Origin: Akkermansiaceae bacterium
Lineage (GTDB): Bacteria > Verrucomicrobiota > Verrucomicrobiia > Verrucomicrobiales > Akkermansiaceae
Length of the DNA: 64,000 nucleotides
Assembly (NCBI GenBank): GCA_051251915.1
Contig: JBPOGF010000005.1
Span: forward strand, 32,001 to 96,000
Direction: 5' to 3'
Part shown: piece by piece, positions 21,466 through 31,849 of the stretch
How the letters are laid out: the number at the start of each line of letters is the position of its first letter
Numbering within the stretch: the first letter of the stretch is position 1
Notes under the pieces: generated by a model
The model's database searches: none
What the model was told of the DNA's origin: nothing
The model's input: the letters and a program-made list of their open reading frames with translations, nothing else
Made by a program: the position numbers and the translations under genes

Positions 21466-21495
21466 TTGACAAGAATGTCATAAGTTATTAAAAAT
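21466..21495 (+). promoter_or_regulatory. Possible sigma70 promoter of the amidase gene
   Basis: TTGACA at 21466-21471 in an AT-rich divergent intergenic region; only a weak -10 match (TAAAAA at 17-nt spacing). Confidence 0.35.
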
Positions 21496-21557
21496 ATGCC
21501 TGTAATAGATAAATTCATCTCCCCTGTATCCTCAACCCAAGCTCACCACATGCACAA

Positions 21558-22181
21558 ATGAACAAATTCCAGAAAACAATTGCTTGCCTGCTTACCATTG
21601 TGGCTACTTCTGTAGTTTCTCAAGCGGGGAAATTCAGAACAGTGGTCATTGACCCTGGTCATGGTGGAAAAGACAACGGAGGCAGCTACGGTCGCGTTTA
21701 TGAAAAACACCTAGCTCTAGATACTTCACTCAGAGTAGATTACCTACTACGCAAAAAAGGCTATAGCACACGCCTCACACGGACTAGCGATGTATTCATC
21801 TCACTTACTAAGCGAGCTGAAATTGGGAATCGCTACAGTAACTCAATCTTCGTGTCGATTCACTACAACTATACCTATAATAAAGCGATCTCTGGCCTAG
21901 AGACTTTCTACTACTCAAGCCGTTCTAAGCCACTAGCTGGCTATATTCAGTCAGGAATGCTTAGAAGATATGGAGCTCATAGCCGCGGTGTTAAATATGC
22001 AAGGTATGCTGTTCTAAGAAGAGCAGAAAACCCAGCCGCGCTTGTAGAGTGTGGTTTTGTGAGTAACTATTCAGAAAGAAAGCGTTGTATGCAAGGCTGG
22101 TATAGGCAGAAGATGGCTGAAGGCATCGTGGATGGCATCGTGAATTACCAGAATGCCAGACGCCGAGGCTACGCTAGATAA
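21558..22181 (+). CDS. N-acetylmuramoyl-L-alanine amidase (Amidase_3)
   Basis: IDPGHGG, EK, FVSIHYN, LVECGFVSN. Confidence 0.93.
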   Translation: MNKFQKTIACLLTIVATSVVSQAGKFRTVVIDPGHGGKDNGGSYGRVYEKHLALDTSLRVDYLLRKKGYSTRLTRTSDVFISLTKRAEIGNRYSNSIFVSIHYNYTYNKAISGLETFYYSSRSKPLAGYIQSGMLRRYGAHSRGVKYARYAVLRRAENPAALVECGFVSNYSERKRCMQGWYRQKMAEGIVDGIVNYQNARRRGYAR

Positions 22182-22212
22182 GTTTTATTAAGTCACCTAA
22201 TATCCCCCTCTC

Positions 22213-22243
22213 AGAGCCAGTAGATTCGTTCTACTGGCTTTGT
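22213..22243 (+). terminator. Terminator-like hairpin after the amidase
   Basis: agccagtaga-ttcgt-tctactggct (22215-22239) followed by a T/G-rich tail. Confidence 0.65.
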
Positions 22244-22314
22244 GTGTTTCGGGTTCTAGCAGCTTTCCTAAAAGTCCAATTGCCAAACGATCACTGAAGG
22301 TTTAGGTAATCAGT

Positions 22315-25300
22315 GTGCCAAAGAAGAAAATAGCAAAAAAAGTAGCTAAGAAAGCAGTAGCTAGAAAAGCAACGAAGAAGGTCGCCAAAAAAGCAGCTAA
22401 GAAAACAGCAAAAGGCAAAGCTGCTAAGGCTAAGGCGACCGTTGATCGATTACCGGCTAGTGCTCATTCTATAAATATCTTTGGGGCGAAGCAGCACAAT
22501 CTGAAGGATCTAACCCTTTCTATTCCTCATGGTGAGTTTACTGTGATTACTGGGCCGTCTGGGTCTGGCAAGTCATCTTTGGCGTTTCATACACTTTATG
22601 CAGAGGGGCAGCGGCGTTATGTGGAGACGTTTTCTCCGTATGTGAGGCAATTTCTGGATAGGATGGATAAGCCTGTGGTGGATAGGATTGATAATATTCC
22701 GCCGGCGATTGCGGTGGAGCAGAAGAATAATATTAGGACGACGCGTTCTACGGTGGGGACGCTGACGGAGTTGAATGATTATTTGAAGGTGATTTTTCCG
22801 AAATTGGCGCGGGCTTATGATCCTAATAATGGGAGAGAGATCAAGCCGGATAGTCCTGCTAGTATCATTGGTGATTTGTTAGAAAACCATGGGGATGTGA
22901 ATGCGCTGATTACTTTTAGTATTCCTGCACCGAGTAATTCTTCTATTGAGGAGATTTTTGTGATGTTGGAGCAGCAGGGTTATTTGCGTATTCTGGTAGA
23001 TGGGAAGATGCAGCGGACTGATGAGGTTCCGGGGATGAAGAAGTTTACGGGGAAGGAGATTGAGGTTATTCAGGACCGAGTAAAACTTAGCTCTAGAAAT
23101 AGGGCGAGGTTGCATGAGGCGATAGAGGCGGCGCTTTCTAATGGGAAAGGGAATGTGATGGTTGTTTGTGATGAGGTGGTGAGGAAGTATTCTACTAACT
23201 GGACGAATCCTGAGACTGGGTTTACGCTGGCGGCGCCGACTGCGGCGCATTTCTCATTTAACTCACCGATTGGGGCGTGTGAGGACTGTCGTGGTTTTGG
23301 GAAGGTGATAGGGATTGATCTTCATAAGGCGATCCAGGATCCATCTCTGTCGTTGAAGCGTGGGGCGGTGAAGCCGTTTCAGACTGCGCGTGGTGAGGAC
23401 TGTCAGCGTGATATGCTGAATGCTGCGAAGGCGGCTGGTGTCCCGACTACGACGCCGTGGCATGAGCTGACGAAGAGCCAGCAGAACTGGGTGATCCAGG
23501 GTGAGAATGGTGATGCGGATGAACTGTGGCGAAGTGGTCAGTGGTATGGTGTGCGTGGTTTTTTTGACTGGATGGAGAGCAAGGCATATAAAATGCATGT
23601 GCGGGTTTTTCTGGCGAATTATAGGGCATATACGGATTGTAAGTCATGTGATGGGACTCGGCTGAAGCCTTATGCGCAGTGTTTTTTCCTCAACAATAAG
23701 ACCTTGCCTGAGTTGTGGCAGCTTCCGCTGACGGAGTTGAAGGATTTCTTTGATGCGATTCCTACGGAGCAGCCGAATAGTTCTACGAAGCATGCTCTGA
23801 CGGAGATAAAGGCGAGGCTTCATTATTTGAATGAGGTGGGGCTTGGTTATCTGACATTGGATCGTCCAGCGAGGACGTTGTCTGGGGGTGAGATAGAGAG
23901 GGTGAATCTGACGACCTGTCTGGGTGCGGCGCTTACGAATACTTTATTTGTATTGGATGAGCCTACTGTTGGGTTGCATTCTCAGGATATACATCGGTTG
24001 ATCAAGGTGATGCATGATCTGCGGGATAAGGGGAATACTGTGGTGGTGGTGGAGCATGAGGAGGCGGTGATGAAGTCTGCGGATAATTTGATAGATATAG
24101 GGCCGAGGGCTGGGGAGCAGGGGGGGAACATTGTGGCTCAGGTTTCTAATCTAGGAGCTAAGAATCTGTCTAAGGAGCATCCAGAGTCTTTGACGGTGAA
24201 GTATTTGACTGGGGAGAAGTCTATTCCGGTTCCGGCTAGGCGTAGGAAGTCAAAAACTTATCTCACGATCACTGGTGCTCATCAGCATAACATTAAGGAT
24301 CTGAGTGTGAAGTTGCCGATTGGTATTATTACCTGTTTGACTGGGCTTTCTGGATCTGGGAAGTCTACGTTGGCGAATGATATTATTTATAACAACATTT
24401 TGGATCATCTTCATTTGCCGACTGAGACTCCGCCGGCATTTATCAAGAAGCTGGCTGGGATTCAGCATATTGGTGCTGTGGAGCGGATAGATCAGTCACC
24501 GTTGACGCGGACTCCGCGGTCAACGCCGGCGGTGTATTCTGGGGCTTTTGATGCGGTGCGTGAGTTGTTTGCCAGCCAGCAGACTACTCAGTTGAAGCCG
24601 GGGTATTTCTCCTTTAACTCTGGGGCTGGGCGTTGTGAGCGCTGTATGGGGAATGGATTTGAGAAGGTGGAGATGCAGTTTCTGAGTGATCTTTACATTA
24701 CCTGTCCTGAGTGTGAGGGTTCACGCTATGGGAGAAGTGCGCTGAAATATACGTATTTGGGGCTGAACATTGCGGAGACGCTGAAGCTTACTGTGACTGA
24801 GGCGTTGTGTCATTTCTTGCCTGTGGATGGGGATAGTGGGAAGGTGAGGAACCAGAAGAATAAGATTCAGCGCGCGCTTCAGCCGTTGTTGGATGTGGGG
24901 CTGGGGTATCTCCGACTGGGGCAGCCGCTGAATACGTTATCTGGTGGTGAGTCTCAGCGTATTAAGCTGTGTCAACTGCTGGCTAAGGCGAAGCCGAAGG
25001 GTTCTGAGGTGCAGGAGTCTACTTTATTGATTCTGGATGAGCCTACGACTGGGCTTCATTTTACTGATATTGAGAAGTTGCTGGAGGTGTTTCATACGTT
25101 GGCAGATACGGGGCATACGTTGTTGATTATTGAGCATAATCTTGATGTGATTCGCTCTGCTGATCATATCATTGATCTTGGTCCTGGGGCTGGGACTGAT
25201 GGTGGGAATATTACTTTTACGGGGACACCGGAGCAGCTTGCTAAGCAGGGGTCCCCATCTGGTATTGCGTTGAATGTGGTGGAGCCGATGAGTGAGGTAG

Positions 25301-27900
25301 TGGTTTCTAGGGGTGGAGGGAAGTTGGCTGGTGGGAACTCGATTCATTTGTTTGGGGCGCGTGAGAATAACTTGAAGAATATTGATTTATCGATTCCTCG
25401 TGATGAGTTGGTGTGTATTACTGGGTTGTCTGGTTCTGGGAAATCTACGATTGCGTTTGATATTATTTTTGCTGAGGGTCAGCGACGTTTCTTGGACTCG
25501 ATGTCTCCGTATGCGCGGCAGTTTGCGGGGCAGATGGAGAAGCCGGATATTGATAAGATTACTGGGTTGCCACCGACTGTGGCTATTGAGCAGCGGGTGT
25601 CTAGGGGTGGTGGGAAGTCTACTGTGGGGACGGTTACGGAGATTTATCATTTCTTGAGATTGCTGTATGCTAAGTTGGGGACGCAGCATTGTCCGGTGAG
25701 TGGGCTGGCGGTAGTTTCGCAGACATTGGAGGCGATTCATGGGCAGATAGATGAGGTGCTGAAGGCGGATAAGAAGGCGTTGCTTTTGGTGCCGTTGGTG
25801 ATAGCTAAGAAGGGTTACCATACGGATATAGTGGCGGCGGCGGAGCGTCATGGGATCACTGAGGTGATTGCTGATGGTAAGCTGATGAAGACGGCAGATT
25901 TCACTCCGTTGGCACGCTATAAGGAGCATGATATTTATGCGGTGCATCCTAGTGGGAGCATTCATTACACGGAGGCGGCTCTTAAGTTGGGCAGTGATCG
26001 GTGTGCTATAGCGAAGGTAGCGAATAAGAGGGCGGTGGAGATAACGAATTACTCGACGAGTAGGGTGTCATTGGCGACTGGGAAGTCTTTTGAGGAGCCT
26101 GATCCGCATCATTTCTCGTTCAACTCACCGCGGGGGTGGTGTAAGGAATGTAGAGGGTATGGGACAGTAGTGGATGCTCCTCCGGCGAGGAAGAAGCGTA
26201 AGAAGGCGAATGAATTTAATTCTGAGGCTGAGGCTGAAATCCACCAGGAACTGGCGCATTCTAAAGATAAGGATGCGGTGCGGATTCTTTGTCCTGAGTG
26301 TGAGGGGGCGCGTCTGCGTGAGGAGTCTCGGCATATTTTGATAGAGGGTTTATCTATATCTGCGGTGACGGCTAATCCTGTTAGTGATGCGATTGAGTTG
26401 CTGGAGAAATGGGATTTTGCGGGGCGGGATAAGTTGATAGCGCGTGATATACTGCCGGAGATTATCCAGCGGTTGGAGTTTTTGCAGAAGGTGGGTTTGG
26501 ATTATTTATCGATTGATAGGTCGGCGGATACGCTGAGTGGTGGGGAGTCGCAGAGGATTCGTCTGGCGGCGCAGTTGGGGTCGAATTTAACGGGGGTTTT
26601 GTATATCTTGGATGAGCCTACGATAGGCTTGCACCCGCGGGATAATGTGCAGCTTTTGGATACGCTTGAGACGCTGAGGGAGAAGGGGAATTCTCTGTTG
26701 GTGGTGGAGCATGATGATGAGACGATGGCGCGTGCTGATACGCTTCTCCATGTGGGTCCTGGTGCAGGTAAGGAGGGTGGGGAGATAGTGACGGATAAGA
26801 AGCTGCAGATCAATGATCAGAAGTTGCCGGTTCCTCCGCGGAGGAGTATTCCTAAGGTGGGGGAGAAGGATGCGTGGTTGAAGGTGAATGGGTGCCACTA
26901 TAATAATCTAAGGGATATTAATGTGAGGATTTCTCTTGGCAGGCTTACTGTGATTACGGGGATTTCTGGTTGTGGTAAGTCATCGCTGATGCGTGGGACT
27001 ATTGCTAAGATTCCGACTGCTGGGACGAAGAAGGGGCAGAAGACGTCTACGCCGAATTATAAGTCTAAGAGTGGGTTTAATTTGGTGAAGTATACTTATG
27101 AGGTGGATCAGACTCCAATTGGGAAGACTTCTAGGTCTTGTCCGGCGACTTATGTTAAGATTTTTGATGATATCAGGAAGTTGATGGCGCAGATTCCTGA
27201 GGCTAGGATGCGTGGTTATACGGCATCTCGGTTCTCGTTTAATAATGCTGAGGGGCAGTGTCCAGACTGTAAGGGGAATGGGCGGATTAAGCTGGAGATG
27301 GACTTTTTACCGACCACTTACATTCCTTGTGAGGCTTGTGATGAGATGCGGTATAATCCTGCGACGTTGGAGATTAGGTATAATGGGTTGAACATTGGAG
27401 ATATTTTGAGGCTTTCGATAGGGGAGGCGGCTGAGTTTTTCACGAATCATGCGAAGCTTTCACGGACTTTGACGCTGCTGAATGATACGGGTCTGGGATA
27501 TCTGCAGTTGGGGCAGCCTAGTCCGACATTGAGTGGTGGTGAGGCGCAGCGGATAAAGCTGGTGGCTGAGCTGACGAAGGGGCGCGCGAATATTAGGAAT
27601 GTGGGGGTTCAGGATAAGAATTTGTATTTGATTGAGGAGCCTACGATTGGTTTGCATGCTCAGGATGTGAATAAGCTAATTGATGTGTTGCATCGGTTGG
27701 TGGATGAGGGGCATACGGTGGTGATAGTGGAGCATCATACTACGATTATGGCGCAGGCGGATTATCTGATAGATATGGGGCCTGAGGCTGGTGATGAGGG
27801 TGGGACTATTGTTGTGCAAGGGAAGCCTGAGGCGGTGGTGAAGTGTAAGGAGTCTAGGACGGGGCCTTATATTGAGCAGGCGTTGGGGGAGTTGGAGTAA
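22315..27900 (+). CDS. uvrA: Excinuclease ABC subunit A, double-length (four ABC ATPase modules)
   Basis: Four Walker A motifs (GPSGSGKSS, GLSGSGKST twice, GISGCGKSS), four LSGGE signatures, Zn-finger CxxC pairs; K/A-rich N-terminal tail; GTG start. Confidence 0.96.
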   Translation: MPKKKIAKKVAKKAVARKATKKVAKKAAKKTAKGKAAKAKATVDRLPASAHSINIFGAKQHNLKDLTLSIPHGEFTVITGPSGSGKSSLAFHTLYAEGQRRYVETFSPYVRQFLDRMDKPVVDRIDNIPPAIAVEQKNNIRTTRSTVGTLTELNDYLKVIFPKLARAYDPNNGREIKPDSPASIIGDLLENHGDVNALITFSIPAPSNSSIEEIFVMLEQQGYLRILVDGKMQRTDEVPGMKKFTGKEIEVIQDRVKLSSRNRARLHEAIEAALSNGKGNVMVVCDEVVRKYSTNWTNPETGFTLAAPTAAHFSFNSPIGACEDCRGFGKVIGIDLHKAIQDPSLSLKRGAVKPFQTARGEDCQRDMLNAAKAAGVPTTTPWHELTKSQQNWVIQGENGDADELWRSGQWYGVRGFFDWMESKAYKMHVRVFLANYRAYTDCKSCDGTRLKPYAQCFFLNNKTLPELWQLPLTELKDFFDAIPTEQPNSSTKHALTEIKARLHYLNEVGLGYLTLDRPARTLSGGEIERVNLTTCLGAALTNTLFVLDEPTVGLHSQDIHRLIKVMHDLRDKGNTVVVVEHEEAVMKSADNLIDIGPRAGEQGGNIVAQVSNLGAKNLSKEHPESLTVKYLTGEKSIPVPARRRKSKTYLTITGAHQHNIKDLSVKLPIGIITCLTGLSGSGKSTLANDIIYNNILDHLHLPTETPPAFIKKLAGIQHIGAVERIDQSPLTRTPRSTPAVYSGAFDAVRELFASQQTTQLKPGYFSFNSGAGRCERCMGNGFEKVEMQFLSDLYITCPECEGSRYGRSALKYTYLGLNIAETLKLTVTEALCHFLPVDGDSGKVRNQKNKIQRALQPLLDVGLGYLRLGQPLNTLSGGESQRIKLCQLLAKAKPKGSEVQESTLLILDEPTTGLHFTDIEKLLEVFHTLADTGHTLLIIEHNLDVIRSADHIIDLGPGAGTDGGNITFTGTPEQLAKQGSPSGIALNVVEPMSEVVVSRGGGKLAGGNSIHLFGARENNLKNIDLSIPRDELVCITGLSGSGKSTIAFDIIFAEGQRRFLDSMSPYARQFAGQMEKPDIDKITGLPPTVAIEQRVSRGGGKSTVGTVTEIYHFLRLLYAKLGTQHCPVSGLAVVSQTLEAIHGQIDEVLKADKKALLLVPLVIAKKGYHTDIVAAAERHGITEVIADGKLMKTADFTPLARYKEHDIYAVHPSGSIHYTEAALKLGSDRCAIAKVANKRAVEITNYSTSRVSLATGKSFEEPDPHHFSFNSPRGWCKECRGYGTVVDAPPARKKRKKANEFNSEAEAEIHQELAHSKDKDAVRILCPECEGARLREESRHILIEGLSISAVTANPVSDAIELLEKWDFAGRDKLIARDILPEIIQRLEFLQKVGLDYLSIDRSADTLSGGESQRIRLAAQLGSNLTGVLYILDEPTIGLHPRDNVQLLDTLETLREKGNSLLVVEHDDETMARADTLLHVGPGAGKEGGEIVTDKKLQINDQKLPVPPRRSIPKVGEKDAWLKVNGCHYNNLRDINVRISLGRLTVITGISGCGKSSLMRGTIAKIPTAGTKKGQKTSTPNYKSKSGFNLVKYTYEVDQTPIGKTSRSCPATYVKIFDDIRKLMAQIPEARMRGYTASRFSFNNAEGQCPDCKGNGRIKLEMDFLPTTYIPCEACDEMRYNPATLEIRYNGLNIGDILRLSIGEAAEFFTNHAKLSRTLTLLNDTGLGYLQLGQPSPTLSGGEAQRIKLVAELTKGRANIRNVGVQDKNLYLIEEPTIGLHAQDVNKLIDVLHRLVDEGHTVVIVEHHTTIMAQADYLIDMGPEAGDEGGTIVVQGKPEAVVKCKESRTGPYIEQALGELE

Positions 27901-28109
27901 ATTAGGAATTAGGAATTAGGATATCTCACTTGAGGCATTATTCTAAAGAGGTTGTTTACGAGGGTTTGAGAGTTAGAAATCCTTTTCACTTCATTTGCTA
28001 CAGGGTTATTGACGAGAATATTTTAGAGGTAGTCTGGATTCTTAGAGAAGAAGTGGATTTTGGCAGGCATTTATAGTGAGTGCACTAGGATGTGTTCCCG
28101 TTCTTCTTC

Positions 28110-28430
28110 AAGCTAGTCGCCGAGCTCACCCGCGGACGCCTCAACATCCGCAACGTAGGACCAGCCCATAAAAACCTCTACCTCATCGAGGAACCCTCCA
28201 TAGAACTCCACTCCACAGACGTAAACAAACTCATCGACGTCCTCCACCGCCTCACAGACGAAGGCCACACCGCCATCATGGCCCAAGCAGATTATCTTAT
28301 TGATATTGGTCCAGAAGCTGGGGATTCGGGTGGGACTATTGTTGCTCAAGGGAAGCCTGAATCTGTGGCGAAATCGAAAAGTACTAGGACTGCACCATTT
28401 ATTAGGCAGGTTTTGGAAGAGCGAAAATAA
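28110..28430 (+). pseudogene. uvrA: Degenerate duplicate of the uvrA 3' end
   Basis: KLVAELTRG...NLYLIEEPS...DYLIDIGPEAG aligns with the last ~115 aa of UvrA; the H-loop segment VVIVEHHT is deleted. Confidence 0.88.
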
Positions 28431-28466
28431 CTTCACTTATAGCCAACTAAACCCTACTTTACTCCC

Positions 28467-29510
28467 ATGAACAACGAAGAGCGTCCACTATCCCTAAGCG
28501 ACGAAGCCTCTGATTTTCTCCTCTACACAGCACCCAGTGGCGACGTAAAAGTAGAAGTCTTGCTAAGTAACGAGACTCTCTGGCTGAATCAACCACGAAT
28601 GGCAGAGCTATTTAGCGTTGGAATCCCAGCCATTTCGAAACATTTAAAGAACATATTTGAATCTGGTGAACTAGAAGAAAAAGTGGTTGTTTCCATTTTG
28701 GAAACAACCACTCAACATGGTGCAGTTAAAGGGAAAACTCAGATCCAAAAGGTAAAATATTTCAATCTTGATGCAGTCATTTCAGTCGGCTACAGAGTAA
28801 ATTCAACACAAGCCACTCAGTTCCGTATTTGGGCCACTCAGCTTATTCGCGAATATATTATTAAAGGCTTTGTCATGGATGATGAACGTCTCAAAAACGG
28901 TCGCTACTTTGGTAAAGATTACTTTCGCGAACTCCTCGAACGAGTGCGCTCTATCCGAGCTAGCGAACGCCGAATATACCAACAAATTACCGACATTTTT
29001 GCTGAATGCAGTATCGATTACGACCCTAAATCAAAAACTACCAAAAACTTCTACGCCCACGTTCAAGATAAGTTCCACTTCGCTATCACAGGTCAAACTG
29101 CAGCAGAGATCGTCTATAAAAATGCCGACTCCTCTAAGCCCCTCATGGGACTAAAAACCTACAAGAATGCACCAGACGGACGCGTTCTCAAATCTGACGC
29201 GGTAGTCGGCAAGAACTACTTAGAAGAATCAGAAATCAAAAGTCTTGAGCGAACAATTACCAGCTTTTTTGATTACATAGAAGGCATCATAGAACGTCGC
29301 CAAGAATTCACCATGGATGGCTTTGCCGAGAGCGTTAATAAGTTTCTCGCCTTCAATGAATACAAAGTGCTTGAAGGATATGGCTCTGTTAAACGTAAGA
29401 TTTCAGATATAAAAGCCACAGAAGAATACAATAAATTCAATAAACTCCAAAAAATCGAATCAGACTTTGATAAAGTGATCAAGTTACTAGACGATAAAAA
29501 CAAAGAGTGA
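28467..29510 (+). CDS. rhuM: RhuM-family (Virulence_RhuM-like) protein
   Basis: LWLNQPRMAELF, ISKHLKNIFESGEL, YFNLDAVISVGYRVNS..ATQFRIWAT, IRASERRIYQ. Confidence 0.88.
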   Translation: MNNEERPLSLSDEASDFLLYTAPSGDVKVEVLLSNETLWLNQPRMAELFSVGIPAISKHLKNIFESGELEEKVVVSILETTTQHGAVKGKTQIQKVKYFNLDAVISVGYRVNSTQATQFRIWATQLIREYIIKGFVMDDERLKNGRYFGKDYFRELLERVRSIRASERRIYQQITDIFAECSIDYDPKSKTTKNFYAHVQDKFHFAITGQTAAEIVYKNADSSKPLMGLKTYKNAPDGRVLKSDAVVGKNYLEESEIKSLERTITSFFDYIEGIIERRQEFTMDGFAESVNKFLAFNEYKVLEGYGSVKRKISDIKATEEYNKFNKLQKIESDFDKVIKLLDDKNKE

Positions 29511-29511
29511 C

Positions 29512-29622
29512 CAGCGCATCAAGCTAGTAGCCGAGTTTACAAGCTAGTGTTTCACCGACGAATGCCATACCATCATCATCGTAAAACACACCACCACAAT
29601 CATTACCCAGTCAGGTTGTTGA
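29512..29622 (+). pseudogene. Second, more decayed remnant of the uvrA 3' end
   Basis: Manual translation QRIKLVAEFTS*CFTDECHTIIIVKHTTTIITQS versus UvrA QRIKLVAELTK...VDEGHTVVIVEHHTTIMAQA. Confidence 0.8.
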
Positions 29623-29730
29623 GTGCACCTCGCAAAAAGGTAAATTGCAAGTACCCGAGCCACCAAGGATAATTCCCTTTATACTATATACTGACTTGTC
29701 GCCAAGGAACTTTCTCTCTATGCCATTCCC

Positions 29731-30972
29731 ATGAACGGTTCACAACAGTTACGAAGAAAGCGGTTTTATGAAAACTTGAATGTTGGCGAATGCCTCATCA
29801 TGTTCTCGGGTTCAGCCCCCAGAAAAACAGCGGACGCGAGCTATCCCTATTTTGCTAATCGAAATTTCTTCTACCTGACTGGTATCACCCAGACCGGCAG
29901 CGTCTTCATGGCAGTCAACAATGGTGGCGAGATCGAAGAAACACTCTTCCTCCTTAAAAAAGATCCCATGGCGGAGCGCTGGCGTGGTTACCGGATATCT
30001 AATGAGGAAGCCACGGAACATTCCGGCATCAAAACCGTGAGTGATGTTGAAGCATTTGAACCCGCGCTCAAAGCTCTTCTCGACTCAGGAGCCATTTCGG
30101 CCTTGTGGTATGATTTTGATAAATACGACGTCGATCATGCGGAGGCACCACAAAATCAGCACAGCGAGAAAATCCGATCTACTTACCCATCCGTTACGTT
30201 CAATGACGCCTACCCGATTATCTGCGCGGCGCGCACGATCAAGGATGCCGGAGAAATCGCGCATATTCGTGAAGCTCTAGTCATCACCCGTGATGCGATT
30301 CATGCGATGATGAAGGCAGCAAAACCAGACATGTATGAATACCAGCTTGAAGGAGTGTTCAACAAGGTTCTGGCAGATGCCGGAGTGCGTGAGCCAGCCT
30401 TCGCCAGCATCGTTTCCGGAGGACGGAATAATTTCTACATTCATTACGAGGAGCCCATGGGAATACTCAAGGATGGAGACATGATCCTCACCGATGTAGG
30501 CGCTCGGAAAAACGAATACGTCAGCGACATCTCCCGTCCATTTCCGGTAAATGGAAAATTCACGGACCAGCAAAAAGAAGTCTACCAGATAGCCCTCAAA
30601 GTAAACAACGAGCTGATGGAATTACTAGTCCCAGGGAAAGTCTCCTTTGAAGATATCGAGGCTCATTCGCGTCGCCGCGTGGGCGAGGAATTGGTCGCCG
30701 CAGGGTACCTCGGTGAAGATGAGGACGTCAGCAAATACTACTGGCATCGTGGCACCCACCACATCGGCCTAGACGTCCACGACGTGGGTCCAGCAGGAAA
30801 TCCCATCGCACCCGGTATGGTATTCACAATCGATGTCGGAATCTATATCGAAGATAAAAACATCGGCTTCCGCATCGAGGACAATGTAGCAATCACCGAG
30901 ACCGGATACGAACATCTCTCATCAGGAATCGTGCGTGAAATCGAAGACATCGAAGCGATGATGAGCTCATAG
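29731..30972 (+). CDS. pepP: Xaa-Pro aminopeptidase (M24B)
   Basis: NFFYLTG, IHY, DVGA...SDISR, HHIGLDVHD, GFRIEDNV; the usual TxEPG reads TIDVG. Confidence 0.88.
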   Translation: MNGSQQLRRKRFYENLNVGECLIMFSGSAPRKTADASYPYFANRNFFYLTGITQTGSVFMAVNNGGEIEETLFLLKKDPMAERWRGYRISNEEATEHSGIKTVSDVEAFEPALKALLDSGAISALWYDFDKYDVDHAEAPQNQHSEKIRSTYPSVTFNDAYPIICAARTIKDAGEIAHIREALVITRDAIHAMMKAAKPDMYEYQLEGVFNKVLADAGVREPAFASIVSGGRNNFYIHYEEPMGILKDGDMILTDVGARKNEYVSDISRPFPVNGKFTDQQKEVYQIALKVNNELMELLVPGKVSFEDIEAHSRRRVGEELVAAGYLGEDEDVSKYYWHRGTHHIGLDVHDVGPAGNPIAPGMVFTIDVGIYIEDKNIGFRIEDNVAITETGYEHLSSGIVREIEDIEAMMSS

Positions 30973-31126
30973 AAAAGATTAAGCTCCTTAAGGACAATAC
31001 GGCACTCGGACTTGGGAATTTTCAACATCGGATAAATAGTTTAGCAGAGGGGTTGTCCCTTAGCTGACTATTATTGCGATTTATATGGGTATCTGGATTA
31101 TGAATATTTGCCGCATATTATCTAAT

Positions 31127-31831
31127 TTAAGGTCGTGATCTGCGTTGGAGGTAGTGGGTGGTGAACCAGCAGAGGGAGGCGAAGGCGGCGCCGGAGGACC
31201 AGCCGGCTAGGACGTCTGTGGGCCAGTGGACGGCTAGGTAAACTCTGCTAAGACCGACTGCTAGGGTGAGGAATAGGCAGGAAGTGATGATCCAAATTTT
31301 GATCGATCTTTTAGGCTCGGATCGTGCTAGGATGACTCCGAGTGTGAGGTAGACTATGGCGGCCATCATGGAGTGTCCGCTGGGGAAGCTGGCGGTGTAG
31401 ACGTAGGAGCCGTGGGGGACTAGGTCGGGCCGGGGTCTGTCAAAGCCGTATTTTAGTAGGCTGCTAACTAGGAGACCGCCTAGGATGGAAAGGAGAAGGA
31501 ATGCGGCGATGTTTCTTTCTCCACGGAGGTAGAGGTAGCCTACGGAGAATAGGGTGAGGAAGGTGAGGACTCCGATTCCACCTAAGGCAGTGAAATCTCT
31601 TGCTAGCTCTGCAATCCATTCTGGGCCCCATGGTTCTTGAGGGGTGCCGGGTTCTCGCAGGGCGAGCAGGATCTGTTCGTCAATGGCGTGGGATTCACCT
31701 TCGGTGACTTCATCTGCTATTTCAATAAATGCCCATGCTCCGACGGAGAAGATGAAGATGGGAATGAGTAGGAGTATTTCTTGTTTAAGAAACTTTCTGG
31801 TGATGCTTAGAAGTAATTCCCATGGATTCAT
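31127..31831 (-). CDS. PAP2-family membrane phosphatase
   Basis: K..FDRPRP, SFPSGH, SRVYLAVHWPTDV; multiple TM helices. Confidence 0.92.
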   Translation of the reverse strand: MNPWELLLSITRKFLKQEILLLIPIFIFSVGAWAFIEIADEVTEGESHAIDEQILLALREPGTPQEPWGPEWIAELARDFTALGGIGVLTFLTLFSVGYLYLRGERNIAAFLLLSILGGLLVSSLLKYGFDRPRPDLVPHGSYVYTASFPSGHSMMAAIVYLTLGVILARSEPKRSIKIWIITSCLFLTLAVGLSRVYLAVHWPTDVLAGWSSGAAFASLCWFTTHYLQRRSRP

Positions 31832-31849
31832 GATGACAGGTGATGGCTA

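Noticed and set aside
28092..28430. Functional small ABC ATPase
   Set aside because: No Walker A or signature motif and the H-loop is deleted; it is a uvrA fragment
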